NCBI RefSeq assembly: GCF_003918875.1
Contig: NW_025765814.1
Span: forward strand, 1,488,001-1,552,000
DNA length: 64,000 nt
Source: Haliotis rubra
Taxonomy: Eukaryota
Direction: 5' to 3'
Each line of letters starts with the position of its first letter. Position 1 is the stretch's first letter. Positions 50,201-63,730 of this stretch are shown here, one piece after another. The notes beneath the pieces are model-generated. The model saw only the letters and a list, made by a program, of their open reading frames with translations. It did not search any database and was not told where the DNA came from. The translations under genes were made by a program, and so were the position numbers.

Positions 50201-53183
50201 GTTCGTATGTGACTGTCAGAGTTACCTCCCCTGGGTAGTTCTCCTCACCGTCAGGACTGGTGTATTTAAGGCTCAGTCTGTTTCCGTCAACCTTGGCCTC
50301 CCAGAATCTCTAGACATGTTGCAATATCGAATTAAATATATAGGACACGGCATAAGTCTTTGCATAAAACCACACTCTTCAGAACTGATTTCAAAGATTA
50401 TGGCAGGGAAGCTTTTTCTGTCGTTTTGTGGGGACAATCTATAGTGATATTTATCATATTTGTTGAACACCTGACATTTTCCTCTACCTGTAATTAAGAA
50501 ACATGACGAGTGTTTTCCCACAGCTTCGACACAATCAACAGACCCAGACGTATTTCCTTCATCACAATACCAATTGAGAGATGGCTTTGACAAGGGATGC
50601 TATCAGGTGCATCGTTGTGAAGCCAAACACAGTTGGAGACTTAAACCCACCTTGTCAAATCCTCTCTTTCCTCCATGCAAACTGTTGGGTCCGTTGTTGA
50701 CAAACAGGGAGTAGGAAGTGCCATCAAGACTGAACTGTCCACCAGCGATCCTGTTAGCCACCCGACCGATCAGAGCACCCATGAATCTGCCCCCGGCATA
50801 GCCTTGTGACGTGGAGGAAATTATGAACAGAAGATGATCTCAAATCATTACAGGTCGTCGGTGGTTGTTTTCATTGTCTATAAGTATATTGTACAAGGGA
50901 AAATATACTGTCACTGTAATTGTTTGAGAATAAAGTTATCGAGAATCACGTATGTTGCTATTCGTCCTCACCTTCCATGTCATCAAAGCCGAGGTTGACG
51001 TCCTCCATCTTGCCGTCCCTGTCGGGGACGATGATGTCAGTGATGATGCCGCCATAGTCCAGGACTCTCACGGTGACGTTGTTTTTGTTCTGGAAGGTGT
51101 ATCTGCAATAAGGAAACGTGCTACTATGATGTTGTTCTTGGTCTGGAAGGTTTATTTGAAACGAGGAAAACACCTTACGGTGACGCTGTCCTTGGTCAGT
51201 GTCGTGTTCTTAAATAGTGGAACTTTGGCTATAAAAGGCCAGAACACGTATTCAAACTGCATGATCTGACAGAACAAACGCAATAATGTCAACTGTACAC
51301 GTCTAAGACGGTACAGCTTTGCTAGTTACAGAAGCACATGTCATGAAAGTTGGCTAGTGTCGCATGTTCCTGGTGTTTGCTGTGCAGTTGCACATTCCGG
51401 TAGTCTGTGCAATCTGCTGGGTAGTGCGGCATTTGTCACTGCGCACCAAGAACACCCATTAGGTTAGATTGGTATACTATGGAAAACTGATAGCAACAAC
51501 ATTGTGTAACTGGGTAATATTGTCAGTTCATCTAAATTATTTAAATAACCGAACCTGGTCGACACACTCGTGGGTGATATCATGAGGAACATTATTCATT
51601 CGAGTGGGCTCGAACGGGTTCTGGGATCTATTGACCTTAGTATGCTTACAGGGCTGACCAGAAGGAATACTGATGTTAGTGAGTTTAGTTTTACGCCGCA
51701 CTCAGCAATATTCCAGCTATATGGCGGCGGTCTGTAAATAATCGAGTCTGGACCAGACAATCCAGTGATCAACAGCATGAGCATCGATCGCATCGCAATT
51801 GGGAACCGATGGCATGTGTCAACCAAGTCAGCGAGCCTGACCACCGTTAGTCGCCTCTTACGACAAGTATGGGTTACTGAAGGCCAATATTCTAACGCGG
51901 ACCTTCACGGGTCAATCCTGATGTTAATGAGTGTGAGTGAGTTCAGTTTTTACGCCGCTTTTACCATTATTTCAGCAATATCACGGTGGGGGTCACCAAA
52001 AATGGGCTTTACACATTGTACCCATGAGGGGAACCGATCCCGAATTTTCGACGTGACGAGCGAACGCTTTAACCACTAGAATACCTCAACGCTCGACAAA
52101 TGTTGAAGGGCCATCAAGCATTACGGCTGCAGGAGAACGTTAGGCCTGGATTGCAACAGCTGGTAACATATATATCTTCTCCAAATCACATATCGCCTAG
52201 AGTATCAGGTGTTATGTTGGCTAGAAAGTAGGCAGATATGCATGCATTGTTACCGATCTTTTCCTGTCCTTGGTAAGCACGTAGGATGCACTCACATGTC
52301 TATATAGGTGATGACGATGAGTGAGTGAGTGTATGGTTTTACGCCGCATTTAGCAATATTCCAGCAATATCACGGCTAGGGACACCAGAAATGACGTAAT
52401 TCTTGTTCTGGAAGGTGGGGAATCGAACCCGGGTCTTCAGTATGAGCAGCGAACGCTTTAACCCCTAGGCTACCCCACCGCCCTGATGACGATGAGTGAG
52501 TGAGCGAGTTGGGTTTTACGCCGCTTTTAGCAATATTCCAGCAATATCACGGCGGGGGACACCAGGAATGGGCTTCACACGTTGTGCCCAGGTGGGGAAT
52601 CAAACCCGGGTCTTCAGTATGAGCAGCGAACGCTTTAACCCCTAGGCTACCCCACCGCCCTGATGACGATGACCATGTACATGCTAAACAACTTCAGTAA
52701 ACTACTTTTATTACGAACACTATTACGAACTAACGGATGTAACGAACTATTTTAGAAACCACCACTGGCTGTATATTTTGGTCAAAATGAATGTAACGAA
52801 ATACAGCTACAACGAGCTAAAAGTAGTGGTCCCCTTGAGTTTTCTATAACCCTAGCTTCATGTTCATTCTGTATAAACGGCTGTGTTGGCTCAAGCTCAT
52901 TCATATGCAGGGCTAGTGGTCAGTTCACTATCTGTCGTATTAGGGTCGTATACAGAGGAGCCTGTACAAATTATAACGTGACAATAGCGTCCCAGATTCT
53001 CGGTGAGCATCAGCAGAGATAACACCCTCTCTGACCCCATTAAATAACTCAAGTATATAACTGCTCACAGTAAGATGGCCATCAGTGACCATGTTGTTAC
53101 ATATGGTCAACATTAACACCATCTCACCTTGTGACTTCCTTGCCATCTGCTGTTTTACCAAATGAATCCGTCGAGATCGGCAT
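47236..53183 (-). CDS. GALM: Galactose mutarotase (aldose 1-epimerase), paralog B, 8 exons, 342 aa
   Basis: Exons 53128-53183, 50972-51102, 50651-50802, 50100-50309, 49544-49625, 49291-49435, 48479-48650, 47236-47316; same exon lengths as paralog A; TNHAYFNL and GFCLEAQ retain catalytic His and Glu. Confidence 0.93.
47925..48506 (-). repeat. 33-bp exon-end/donor minisatellite (GALM-B intron 7), about 17-18 units
   Basis: Same unit as in paralog A, with variant units ([10 protein letters not shown]) recurring at 165-bp spacing. Confidence 0.97.
52318..52660 (-). mobile_element. Tandem pair of F2 tRNA-SINEs in GALM-B intron 1
   Basis: Two copies, with TGATGACGATGA present three times (before, between, after). 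Confidence 0.85.
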
Positions 53184-53311
53184 GGCTGGTTGTGACAGAC
53201 ACCGACTGTGATACACGGTGATACAAATCAGAGGAGGTCGGGACAGTTATCTTCTCTTGTGACAGCGGGGCTCGTCTCAAAACATTTGTCGCATTTTATT
53301 ACTTTAAATGA

Positions 53312-53480
53312 CTGACTGACTGACACGGTTTGGTTTTACGCCGCTTTTAGCAATATTCCAGCAACATCACGGCGGGGGACACCAGAAATGGGCTTCACAC
53401 ATTGTGCCCATGTGGGGATTCGAACCGGGTCTTCGGCGTGACGAGCCAACGCTTTAACCATTAGGCTACCCCACCGCCCC
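53312..53480 (-). mobile_element. F2 tRNA-SINE, full length, just upstream of GALM-B
   Basis: 12-bp TSD TACTTTAAATGA at 53300-53311 and 53481-53492. Confidence 0.88.
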
Positions 53481-54289
53481 TACTTTAAATGAACAATCAG
53501 TACTCGCGTTTCACAGTGAGCTTAATGGCGTGCACACAGTGAAATGGTGTTTTAAAACATTTCCCTGCGTGTAAAACAACTACTTGTATTTTATCCTGTA
53601 TTGCACGTGTGTGTACGCGTCTTGCGTGTTTACAGGTTCAGTGAGCGAGTGTTTGTACATCAACACTCTCTGGAGCAGGCACATCAGAATATAATTGCTG
53701 AGTGTACAGGCTAGCTTGTTATTATACGCTGCAGTGGGTCCGACAATTTAGTGATTGACATAATGAGCAACTTGTTAACTAATACGTAGAGATGATGACA
53801 TGCAGTAAGCTGTGGAACCGAGCCGGACCAGGTGGCCTCAGACCACAATCATTTTCCTTCTTTGCTATCTACAGTGACATGCCAGTGCACCATAATTAAT
53901 ATCGGTCGTAGGCTGTTCTCCTGTTGCATGCTTACCAACCTGCCACTTGTCACTTAACCGGCAAAATATGGGCCTGGATCGACCATGGCAATTTTGCTGT
54001 ATCCACTGTAAACAATGGTCACCGGAAGTTACGAGCCGAAACACACTAGACAGCCTTGAACTTTGGGTCAAATCATGGAAGGCTGGTGTCAATACCATGT
54101 GTAGATTGTGGACCAAAAACATTTTGCAATAAAGTACAGTGTCTTACCTTTCATTTAAGCTATCACAAGTCACCCTGAAAAAATAAGCACACACAGAACA
54201 GCCCATTTCAACAAGGCACTATATTCTCCTATTTTCCTTCCGGGTCATGGTAAAAGTTAATGGGGGTAACTGTGGTCTGAGGCCAGGTC

Positions 54290-55200
54290 CATAAGTGGAG
54301 TATCCCCAAAAGGTTGAGTATTTGGTTGGAGGTTGGAGGATCTGGAACTAGGCTGATATTGGCAATTGGTTGTTGACGTGTGCAGTTGACGCAATTTTTG
54401 TGCTATCTGCCTGAAGGAGTCCATTCCGTGGATGGAATCTTGCCCGGACGAGATAGAGCGTCGGCAAAGATACTGATCTTCCCTGGGATGTCTCTGTTAG
54501 AAATGTTGCACTCCAGACTGTCAGGCAGGTCGTCACGTTCTCTCGTGAGAACTATGAGGACTTGAGAGTGGGTTCCTCAGAGACTGTTGATGTTGGCTAC
54601 TACCATAGAATTGTCCGTGGCGACAGGTATAGAAGGGTGCTGGACAGCTGGAATAACTGCCTTCATCTCCAAAATGGACTGGAGAATCCTCCACCCAGAG
54701 ACCTGATGTCGTCTTGTTGTCGATATGAGCACCCAGTCCATGTGAGTAATGCATCCATGAACAGTTGACGATCTGCTTGGGGCATCCTGATTGGAGTCCC
54801 GTGGACAGCATTGTCTGGAATGTTCCACCATGCGGGGTCCATGAACGCTAGCGCCGTGGGTAATATGATAGAGTCCAGCTCCGTCCCTCGATGAGGGTTG
54901 ATCAAATCGTGTATGTACCTGGGATGGAGACGGCCTCTGGATGTAAGATCCTGCATGGAGGTCTGAGTGGTCAGTGTGGATTGTGAGGGCTAAGATACGT
55001 CTACCGCTTGCAGTCGTGAAGCGCTCCTTGAAGCGGGAGTTGTGGTCCATAACTTGAATGTCTGGGAAGACTTCTGATGAAGTGATGGTATTTAAAGCTG
55101 CGGGTCGTGACCAAGGCTGCAGGCCAGCTTTACTGGAGGCGATACATGCTGATCGCTAGGGTTGTCTTGTGATAGAGCCGAGATCCGATCAGCAAGTCCC
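54290..55200 (-). mobile_element. Degenerate DIRS1-type retrotransposon fragment (RNase H region and flanks)
   Basis: Across frameshifts: GRLHPRYI..WW..LFMDA..GLGAH..SGLW, ILEMKAVI..ATDNSMVVANIN, DIPGKISIFADALSR..STEW; these match DIRS RNase H motifs TDAS/GWGA, INxLE, SDN, HIPGxxNxxADxLSR. Confidence 0.8.
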
Positions 55201-55207
55201 TCTGATA

Positions 55208-55650
55208 TTAGTGCCATAGATGGAACTGACACATTGTCCCCGTGTTTCTAGTGCCATAGATGGAACTGATACATTGTCCCCGTGTTTCTAGTGCCATAGA
55301 TGGAACTGATACATTGTCCCCGTGTTTCTAGTGCCATAGGTGGAGCTGATACATTGTCCCCGTGTTTCTAGTGCCATAGATGGAACTGATACATTGTCCC
55401 CGTGTTTCTAGTGCCATAGATGGAGCTGACACATTGTCCCCGTGTTTCTAGTGCCATAGATGGAGCTGAGCTAGACACATTGTCCCCGTGTTTCTAGTGC
55501 CATAGACATGGAGCTGATGACATTGTCCCCGTGTTTCTAGTGCCATAGGTGGAGCTGATACATTGTCCCCGTGTGCCATAGGTGGAGCTGACAATTCAGG
55601 CATTGTCTCTGTCCCCGTTATTGTGCCATATCTGAACAGTCCCCGTGTTT
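55208..55650. repeat. 40-bp minisatellite, about 10 units, decaying rightwards
   Basis: Unit TAGTGCCATAGATGGAACTGATACATTGTCCCCGTGTTTC. Confidence 0.93.
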
Positions 55651-56584
55651 AAATGGACTTATACTTGCTGGAACTTACTCGTGAGCCTGCCAATTCCAAA
55701 AGTGACATGAAGGCCTGACATTCAATCAGCTGATCTGTGACAAAAGCAAAGGCAAACTGTCTTTTTCATGCAGTTTAATACATTTGTAAAACATACTGCC
55801 GTCATGGATCTATAACTCTCCATAATCTCTCAATAAAATATAGACATTTCTTACAAAATATTTCCATGGCACTAAGTGCAATGTATACTTGACAAACTTA
55901 ACAACTTGTGCTCAATTATAAACACCTACTTCCATTCCATGGAATGACTCATCTAATAAAACCTATCATCCACAACATCTGCACAAGGTAGTTGACTCGT
56001 GCATTCTGTTTCCCTCATTACCATTCACACTAATTAACTAGCCTCAGTTTATTCATATATTACTTGGCCGGGCATAGAACAAGTTGGGCCAATGGTGTGT
56101 CCCTCAGCTGCCATGCTCTGGTGATACAACATAAGTGAGTGAACTGGATTTAAGACTACTTTTAACTGTATTCCATTAAAAGCCCATAATGATCAATATT
56201 TTGACAACATCACGGCGCAGTTGGAAATGGGCTTCACCATTCCGCCCATGTACTGTCAAACCTAGAAAAATAATAGATCAAGCTTGAGTGAGTATGGCTT
56301 ACGCTGCTTTTAGCAATATTCCAGCAATATCACGATGGGGGTTTTGACAAGTGCAGTTGGTGACACCAAAAATCATGAGATGCAAACCTTGGAAAATAAT
56401 AGATCATGGAGTGAGTGAGTTGACATTGCTCCCAATGATTCCCAAATCAGAACAAGAGTCCTTGTTTTTCCCCAAAATCATGAATGCTATGTGTTATGGG
56501 CAGGCAGGGCCCCAAACAAACAACAGTCGTTTTTCCCCAACTTTTTATTCTTTAATACCGCTTGGTATCAAGCTACTGACTTTC

Positions 56585-57160
56585 CACTCTATTCATAAAT
56601 GCCTTACCGACCAAGGAGGCGGATGATATAAGATTGAGAGTCAGCAATGTTTCAGCCATATCAAAGCTCTCATAATGACCTGGACTTGCAGAAACATGGG
56701 CAATAACCCTTGTAGGTCAACAACCAAATATGAGACATGCTGTTCAAAGTGATGCCAACACAACTCACTCACTCACTGTTCAACGATACAACGCATAACC
56801 TCATAATTTCTAATATAGCCTCGGCCATACAAAGACAGAGGAGCAAGAGATTGGCATCAACAAAATATTTTCTCAGTACTCGACTAAATGCAACACAAAA
56901 CCCAGTATAAAGGTTCTTGTAAAACGACACAACTCTAAAGAAGTTGCAAACTAACTGATATTACTATACACTCTATTCATAAATGCCTTACCGACCATGG
57001 AGGCGGGTGATATAAGATTGAGAGTCAGCAATGTTTCAGCCATATCAAAGTTGTCATAATGACCTGGACTTGCAGAAACATGGGCAATAACCCTTGTAGG
57101 TCAACAACCAAATATGAGACATGCTGTTCAAAGTGATGCCAACACAACTCACTCACTCAC
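56585..57160 (+). repeat. ~190-bp direct duplication (56585-56776 and 56969-57160)
   Basis: Near-identical copies, both ending in a (CTCA)n SINE-type tail. Confidence 0.85.
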
Positions 57161-58035
57161 CACCACGAGGGTGAGATTCTATTTATCATCCAAAGTCACT
57201 CTTCATTAATTTTCAATGAAAAATGTACATCTCTGAACTTTTTACTGCCATTAGACTTGCAGTGCAGCGATGTCATAGCATTGTGACGTCATCAAGTACA
57301 TGACGTCATAGCATTGTCAGGGCATTGTACAAAATCTACTGTCAAAACGATATCTCCTAGGAGATATCGTTTGATCTCACACAAGCGATATCTCCTGTGG
57401 AACACAGTTTTGGATGATAAAGTTAGTTATTACACCATGAAGGGGGATAGCATCAACAGGTAATGCTATTTCTATAGCATTACCTCCTTCACCATCACTC
57501 AGGTGATGAATTACTTAACTTATGCTTGAATTAAACAATATTTCAATATATTTGGGAGTGTGTTTTCTCAGTCCACAAAATCCACCTTAAGGGCTAGACA
57601 TTGCACAATGTAGTCCATTATCAATCTTTTCAAACATCATCGGTTTTGACAATCAACTCAAATGAAAAACAAATCTGCATCTGTAACATCGCTGATTGTG
57701 TTGGTATCTAAGATGCTGAGAACGTAATTGGCTCTCTCAACATCCTTCAACATCATGTGAATCAACACACCAGAGTTTTTTAAAAACATGGACTCTCATA
57801 TATTATTTAAGCTTGTATAACCAATAACTGCTGTAAAGTACAAAAACCTCCCTATGAGTTGTGGCTGCCAAGAAAATCGAGACAATCAGTCGCACATCAT
57901 TAAGTTGCTACTTCTTCATAAGATATCCCAAGACCTCCCTCTATATGAAGACTTTTTTAGACTGGCAGTAGTCTATCAATGTGCCCAGTAAAGTTGGTTT
58001 GCATTTTGAAAAGGAAAATGTTTCAGCTGTAGAGT

Positions 58036-60409
58036 TTAGCTGCTGATGCCAAACTTGTAAGATGTCGTCTGTCTGTAGGTTTCCCCATCACGCAAAACAC
58101 AGTTCGGGAAACTTGGCTGAAACAGAAACAAACGTAATCAGATTTTGATGAATTGTCATCACAGATTCATATGTGTTGAACACTGATATCTTGAACTGGT
58201 CTTCAGATCGGCCATCAGACAAATACATCCCCATATCGTTACTGTCTGGGTAATGCTGATCTACTTGACTGACCCACCTGATTGATGGTGTCAGGGTAGT
58301 GCTGACCCACCTGATTGATGGTGTCAGGGTAGAGCTGACCCACTTTGATTGATGCTGTCAGGGTAGTGCTGACCCACCTGATTGTTGCTGTCAGGGTAGT
58401 GCTGACCCACCTGATTGATGCTGTCAGGGTAGTACTGACCCACCTGATTGATGCTGTCAGGGTAGTGCTGACCCACCTGATTGATGCTGTCAGGATAGTG
58501 CTGACCCACCTGATTGATGGTGTCAGGGTAGTGCTGACCCACCTGATTGATGGTGTCAGGGTAGTGCTGACCCACCTGATTGTTGCTGTCAGGGTAGTGC
58601 TGACCCACCTGATTGTTGCTGTCAGGGTAGTACTGACCCACCTGATTGATTGTCTCAGGGTAGTGCTGATCCACCTGATTGATGGTGTCAGGGTAGTGCT
58701 GACCCACCTGATTGTTGCTGTCAGGGTAGTGCTGACCCACCTGATTGATGGTGTCAGGGTAGTGCTGACCCACCTGATTGTTGCTGTCAGGGTAGTGCTG
58801 ACCCACCTGATTGATGGTGTCATGGTAGTGCTGACCCACCTGATTGATGGTGTCAGGGAAGTGCTGATCCCCCAGATCGATGGTGTCAGGGTAGTGCTGA
58901 CCCACCTGATTGATGCTGTCAGGGTAGTGCTGAGCCTCCAGGCAGAATCCTCCGTACTGGGAGTAGATGGCCCCTGCTTTCCCCACCACATCCTGCAGAT
59001 AGAAGCTGGTGTAGAACTGCACCCCTGGTTCCGTGGTGTGGCACTCCATCCACCTCCCACTTGGCGGGTGCTCCACCCTGTCGGCATAAAACACTCTCAC
59101 TGACTTCATCACAGGCAGTTCAGAGATTCAAAAAGAATGCCTCGGGTACTTATGTAAGCTTTATGGAAAACTTTCCTCGTATGCTGGTGTTATACTTATA
59201 TTGGAATATGTCGTCAATCACAATTAAAAATCTTCACTCAACCTTGCTGCCAGACGCTTTTCACCAGACAGAGACAGGTTGAAGTTGTGGTCAAACCCCT
59301 TCCCACCAGGCACCTGCCCAAGTCGGTCCCCAAGACGTACAGGGGACCTCAGGTCCCATTCCGTTGCCTCCACTTTCCGGATCTCACCTGGAAAATGTGT
59401 GTAATAGGTACACATTGAGAATTATGATTCAATTAAGACAAGTTCAGAAATGCAATGAAGGATAAAAAAGCAAATTCCTGAAGTTTTGAGACTTGTTACT
59501 GTTGCCTCTCAAAACATATTTCTGAAAGTTTCTTGTAATACTTAAAAACATACTGTCATGAAGCATGATTTACACATATTAGGTACAGGTGAAATCTGTG
59601 ACAGATCAGTATCACCATTGTTCAAAGGGAGCAGCACAGGTATACAATTTCTGTAGCTAACACGAAGCCAGTTACTGTAATCAGTTGTCACAATGTCTAC
59701 AATATAGGGGCTCCTTTCACGAAGCAACCTTTACTAAGGTTAACCTTAACTCCCATTCTTTAACATTGCACTAAGGTTACCTTAGTGACTTACGAACACC
59801 TTAGTGCTTTGTGAAAGGAGGCCCTGCTACCCAATGCAGATCACATGAGAGACTTGTACCTGTAGGTATAGAGTTATCATCCAGAGGCAGGAAATGTTCT
59901 GCATTGATCTGCACACGATGATCATCGATCTTCCCTGATGCCTGGAAACAGATTTTGTAAATTCATGTAAAACACATGGATCTCTATTTGAGCAATTATT
60001 GGTCGAAACATGACAATTCAGTATCTCTTTATCTTTGTTGTCTAAAGTCACATTAAACAATATTCCTATATGAGTCTCTCATTTTCATGTTAAGTTTCCA
60101 TCTTGGATATCTAATTCAACAGTGATACTTGTCCGATTTAACATCTGTGATGCCAAGTTTGACTACAATCATCTGAAACACAAATACCAGAACTCACATG
60201 GCCTCCCAGATTGAAGTAAGCATGGTTGGTGAAGTTGACAGGTGTTGCCTTGGTCGATGTTGCCGTGTAGTCAATGATCAGCTCATTCTCATCAGTCAGT
60301 TAGGTTATGTGACTGTCAGAGTTACCTCCCCTGGGTAGTTCTCCTCACCATCTGGGCTGATGTATTTAAGGCTCAGTCTGTTTCCGTCAACCTTGGCCTC
60401 CCATAGTCG
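58036..60409 (-). pseudogene. GALM: GALM paralog C, exons 4-8 only in window; +2 frameshift/stop in exon 4 (pseudogene or assembly error)
   Basis: Exons 60198-60409 (212 nt vs 210), 59860-59941, 59243-59387, 58906-59077, 58036-58116; in-frame TAA at 60305-60307; exons 1-3 not found up to 64000. Confidence 0.75.
58269..58933 (-). repeat. 33-bp exon-end/donor minisatellite (GALM-C intron 7), about 20 units
   Basis: Same unit, more diverged (DSIN/DTIN/DSNN variants). Confidence 0.96.
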
Positions 60410-60999
60410 CTATAGAGGTGAAATATAGTTCCGCTGTTATTATCACCAAAGCAGGGGTCATAATACACCAATAAGAGTGTTGGCTATTATTCTTTTGAAA
60501 AGTGAGTGAGAGAGCAACAGATTCAGTGAGTTGTGTTTAGTGTGAGTGAGTGAGTGAGTTTGGTTTTACACCACACTCAGCAATATTCCAGCTAAATGGC
60601 AGCGGTCTGTAAATAATCGAGTCTGGACCAGACAATCCAGTGATCAACAGCATGAGCATAGATCTGCGCAATTGGGAACCGATGACATGTGTCAACCAAG
60701 TCAGCAAGCCTGACCACCCGATCCCGTTAGTCGCCTCTTACGACAAGCATAGTCGCCTTATTGTGGCAAGCATGGGTTGCTGAAGACCTATTCTACACCA
60801 GATTGAGTTGTGTTTAACACAGCTTTTGACAGTATTCTTGTTATATCCCAGTCAGTGTCAGCTTGTTGTGGAAGGAGAGCCCAAAATGATGTAGGCTTCA
60901 GATGTTTACTAATCTGGCAATATGTGGTGCCGTGTGGTCCTGTGCATAGAGCTCAGGTCACAATTCAGTTGAAGTTAAGCAAAGTTGAGCGGGGAGAGT

Positions 61000-61325
61000 C
61001 CTTGGATGTGTGACCGGGTTTAGCAATTTGACTCCTGAGAGTTTCTTTGACTTCAGTCCTGCCCCACAACAAACATGTGACACATGTGGTCTCACCTTAG
61101 GCAAGTGAGTTTGTTCAAAATTGCCTCTGTTCATCCAGCAGAAAAATGGGTACCCGGTGGGATAAGTCATGTGACTATAACCTTCTAGCGCCTAACAGGC
61201 AGCTTGGTTTATCCAGGGTAATAATGTGCTGTGCTATGAGCAGATCGTCATTGGCAGTGCTATGAGCATACTTAGTGTGGAGTTTGGCGCTATATAAATG
61301 GAAACATTATTATTATTATTATTAA
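61000..61325 (+). mobile_element. Old CORE-like SINE remnant with GCGCTATATAAAT...(ATT)n tail
   Basis: CCTTAGGCAAG...CATCCAGCAGAAAAATGGGTACCCGG core-like segment; similar tail on minus strand at ~20634-20705. Confidence 0.45.
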
Positions 61326-61763
61326 TCCACAACATGTCTATGGTGCTGACAGTCCCGGAACTATAACTGATAGCAAGGACCAAGACTTCAAATATCCAAC
61401 ATATGTAAGGTCAAATAAACATGTATCAAAGGACAAGTCCCTGGAACCCTGGGCTCAGTTCGACAAAACCATACACTGATTTATCAAAAGTTGACACACT
61501 CTTTAGCGATTCCTATTGCTGACATAATGAAGCTTAAACATATATAGAATTAGTTTTCAGGCAATGGCCTTTGACAATGATAGAAAATGGGCAGGCACCA
61601 TCTTTTTTTGCAACCTTTGAAAGGACCTACCTAAAATATTCCTTCATAAGTACAATACAATACTTTATCCCTTTATCCAATTTAAAGCAGCTTGTGGTGG
61701 TTACCATGGTAACTCTTCAGGCAGGACCCCCAAACTTTCATACAGTTGTATTCACAGAACTCA

Positions 61764-61963
61764 TACTATCAAAAGGAACTCAACCTGATAGTACACTTTA
61801 TACAATCAAAAGGAACTCAACCTGATAGTACACTGTAACGGTACTATCAAAAGGAACTCAACCTGATAGTACACTGTATACTATCAAAAGGAACTCAACC
61901 TGATAGTACACTGTATACTATCAAAAGGAACTCAACCTGATAGTACACTGTATACTATCAAAA
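61764..61963. repeat. 37-bp minisatellite, about 5 units, each with internal 8-bp inverted repeat
   Basis: Unit TACTATCAAAAGGAACTCAACCTGATAGTACACTGTA (TACTATCA/TGATAGTA). Confidence 0.9.
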
Positions 61964-62439
61964 GCACAAACAATATGTTTAAGCATTGAAGCTAGTTAGC
62001 CTACTGTGTGTGTATACATAACAGATACACATGTTTTTATAGTTTATGGACACCTTTGCTAAATTAACAAACAGATACAACAGTTTACAGGGTATTCTAC
62101 GCTATCTCCAGTCTTTGACTACTATTTGACCGCCAGTGTGCTTTTCTTCGAGTGGGTTTCACAACATGAAGTTGTTCTCTTAAGCACATAAAACCAGAAA
62201 TACTCAACAAATCCGAACTGCAGTATACACATTTGTGTTTTATTTTCCTATCTGGCAGTTAAGTGTTCATTGTATATCTGGACTTACACTAATAATGCAT
62301 TACAATAATTTAATTCAAGATGTTACTCAGTTTTCGCTACATTAATTTTGATGAAATCGTATATTGGAAGATCAGTAAATTGTACCATTGCACCAACTTT
62401 CGTTGAAATGACTATTAGTTAAAATGACTATTAGATATA

Positions 62440-62720
62440 GAGAATCTCACCCTCGTGTCTTTTGATATCAAATATATCATCAAGAGTTGATAAAGTCACA
62501 AACATCCGAGGCTTGCCGAGGATATTTGTACTTTTATCAACGAGTGTTGATATATTTGATATCAAAAGACACAAGGGTGAGATTCTATTTTTCATAAAAA
62601 ATCATTCTTCTTTAGTTTTCAATGAAAAATGTACATCTCTGAACATGGTACTGCCATGAGACTTGCAGTGTAACGATGTCATATGATTGTGACGTCATCA
62701 AGTTAATGACGTCATGGCAC
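62440..62720. mobile_element. Palindromic non-autonomous element (arms around CCGAGGCTTGCCGAGG) plus flank shared with ~57165-57320
   Basis: AGAATCTCACCCTCGTGTCTTTTGATATCAAATATATCA ... TGATATATTTGATATCAAAAGACACAAGGGTGAGATTCT. Confidence 0.65.
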
Positions 62721-63730
62721 TTGTTTTGAAATGTGACCATTTTTAGAATATTATGCAAGACTTTCGTTTTATCAGTATCTTCTGTTAGCGGTATGTTATC
62801 TAGTGTAGGGTGGGAGTTATCTCCCTTTTTTGAACGAGCTTTTCGTGTTGTGTTAGCACTGACAAAGACCGCATGGTGTGCCGAGATGCACTGCAGGTTG
62901 ATGGAAGCTGTGTTTTGTATAGAGGCGGAAAATTCACTCTTCAGGTACATATATTCATTTCTTTATAGTCTAAATGCACTGTAAAGTAGTATTTCCTACA
63001 TAGTCATAATTACAGGTAATTTTAAGTACTTTTTGAAGATTGTTTTCATTCATGCTTCACGGAAGATTGCATTACACCTAAAGGGTAGATTATTTGTTTA
63101 CTTCATTACCCATGCCAAAATATATTGTATCATTGAGTAATTCAGTTAAATATTTAGTGTATTATAATGTCATGTAGGAATGACGAAAGTGTTTTCGGTT
63201 AATTTCTCCATATTTTCATCTCTGTATTTTATGGAAGAGTTCATTATTTCCATAGGGGTTACATTTTGCCATGTGCTTTTGAGCAATAATTTGAAATAAC
63301 TATAGGAAATATTTTCAAGATATTGATACCTTTTTTCACGTGAAGTGATAATGATATTGGCAATGTATTTTCAGTACTGTATTTTGCATTTGAGAGTTAT
63401 TTCCATTTTGGGAGAGTCCATTATTTAATGGGTATTATTGTAGACTAAGTGTATTTGTGGATCAGGACCAGGGTTGTAAGAGTAATATTGATTGTACTAT
63501 TGTTGTGTTATCAATGCAGTGTGTATTTATTTCTACATTTGTTCAATTTGCAGAATCTGTCAACTTTATTTAATAAAGGACTTATTGGAAGAATTCCGCC
63601 TTATTTAACCATTGTTCATTCAAAACAAATTTCTGAAGAATGAAGAGTTACAGAGTGTCGATGTATGGACAACAAGTGAAGAGTGTCGATGAATAGACAA
63701 TTTAAAGGTGACATTAAACTTTGTTGATGA

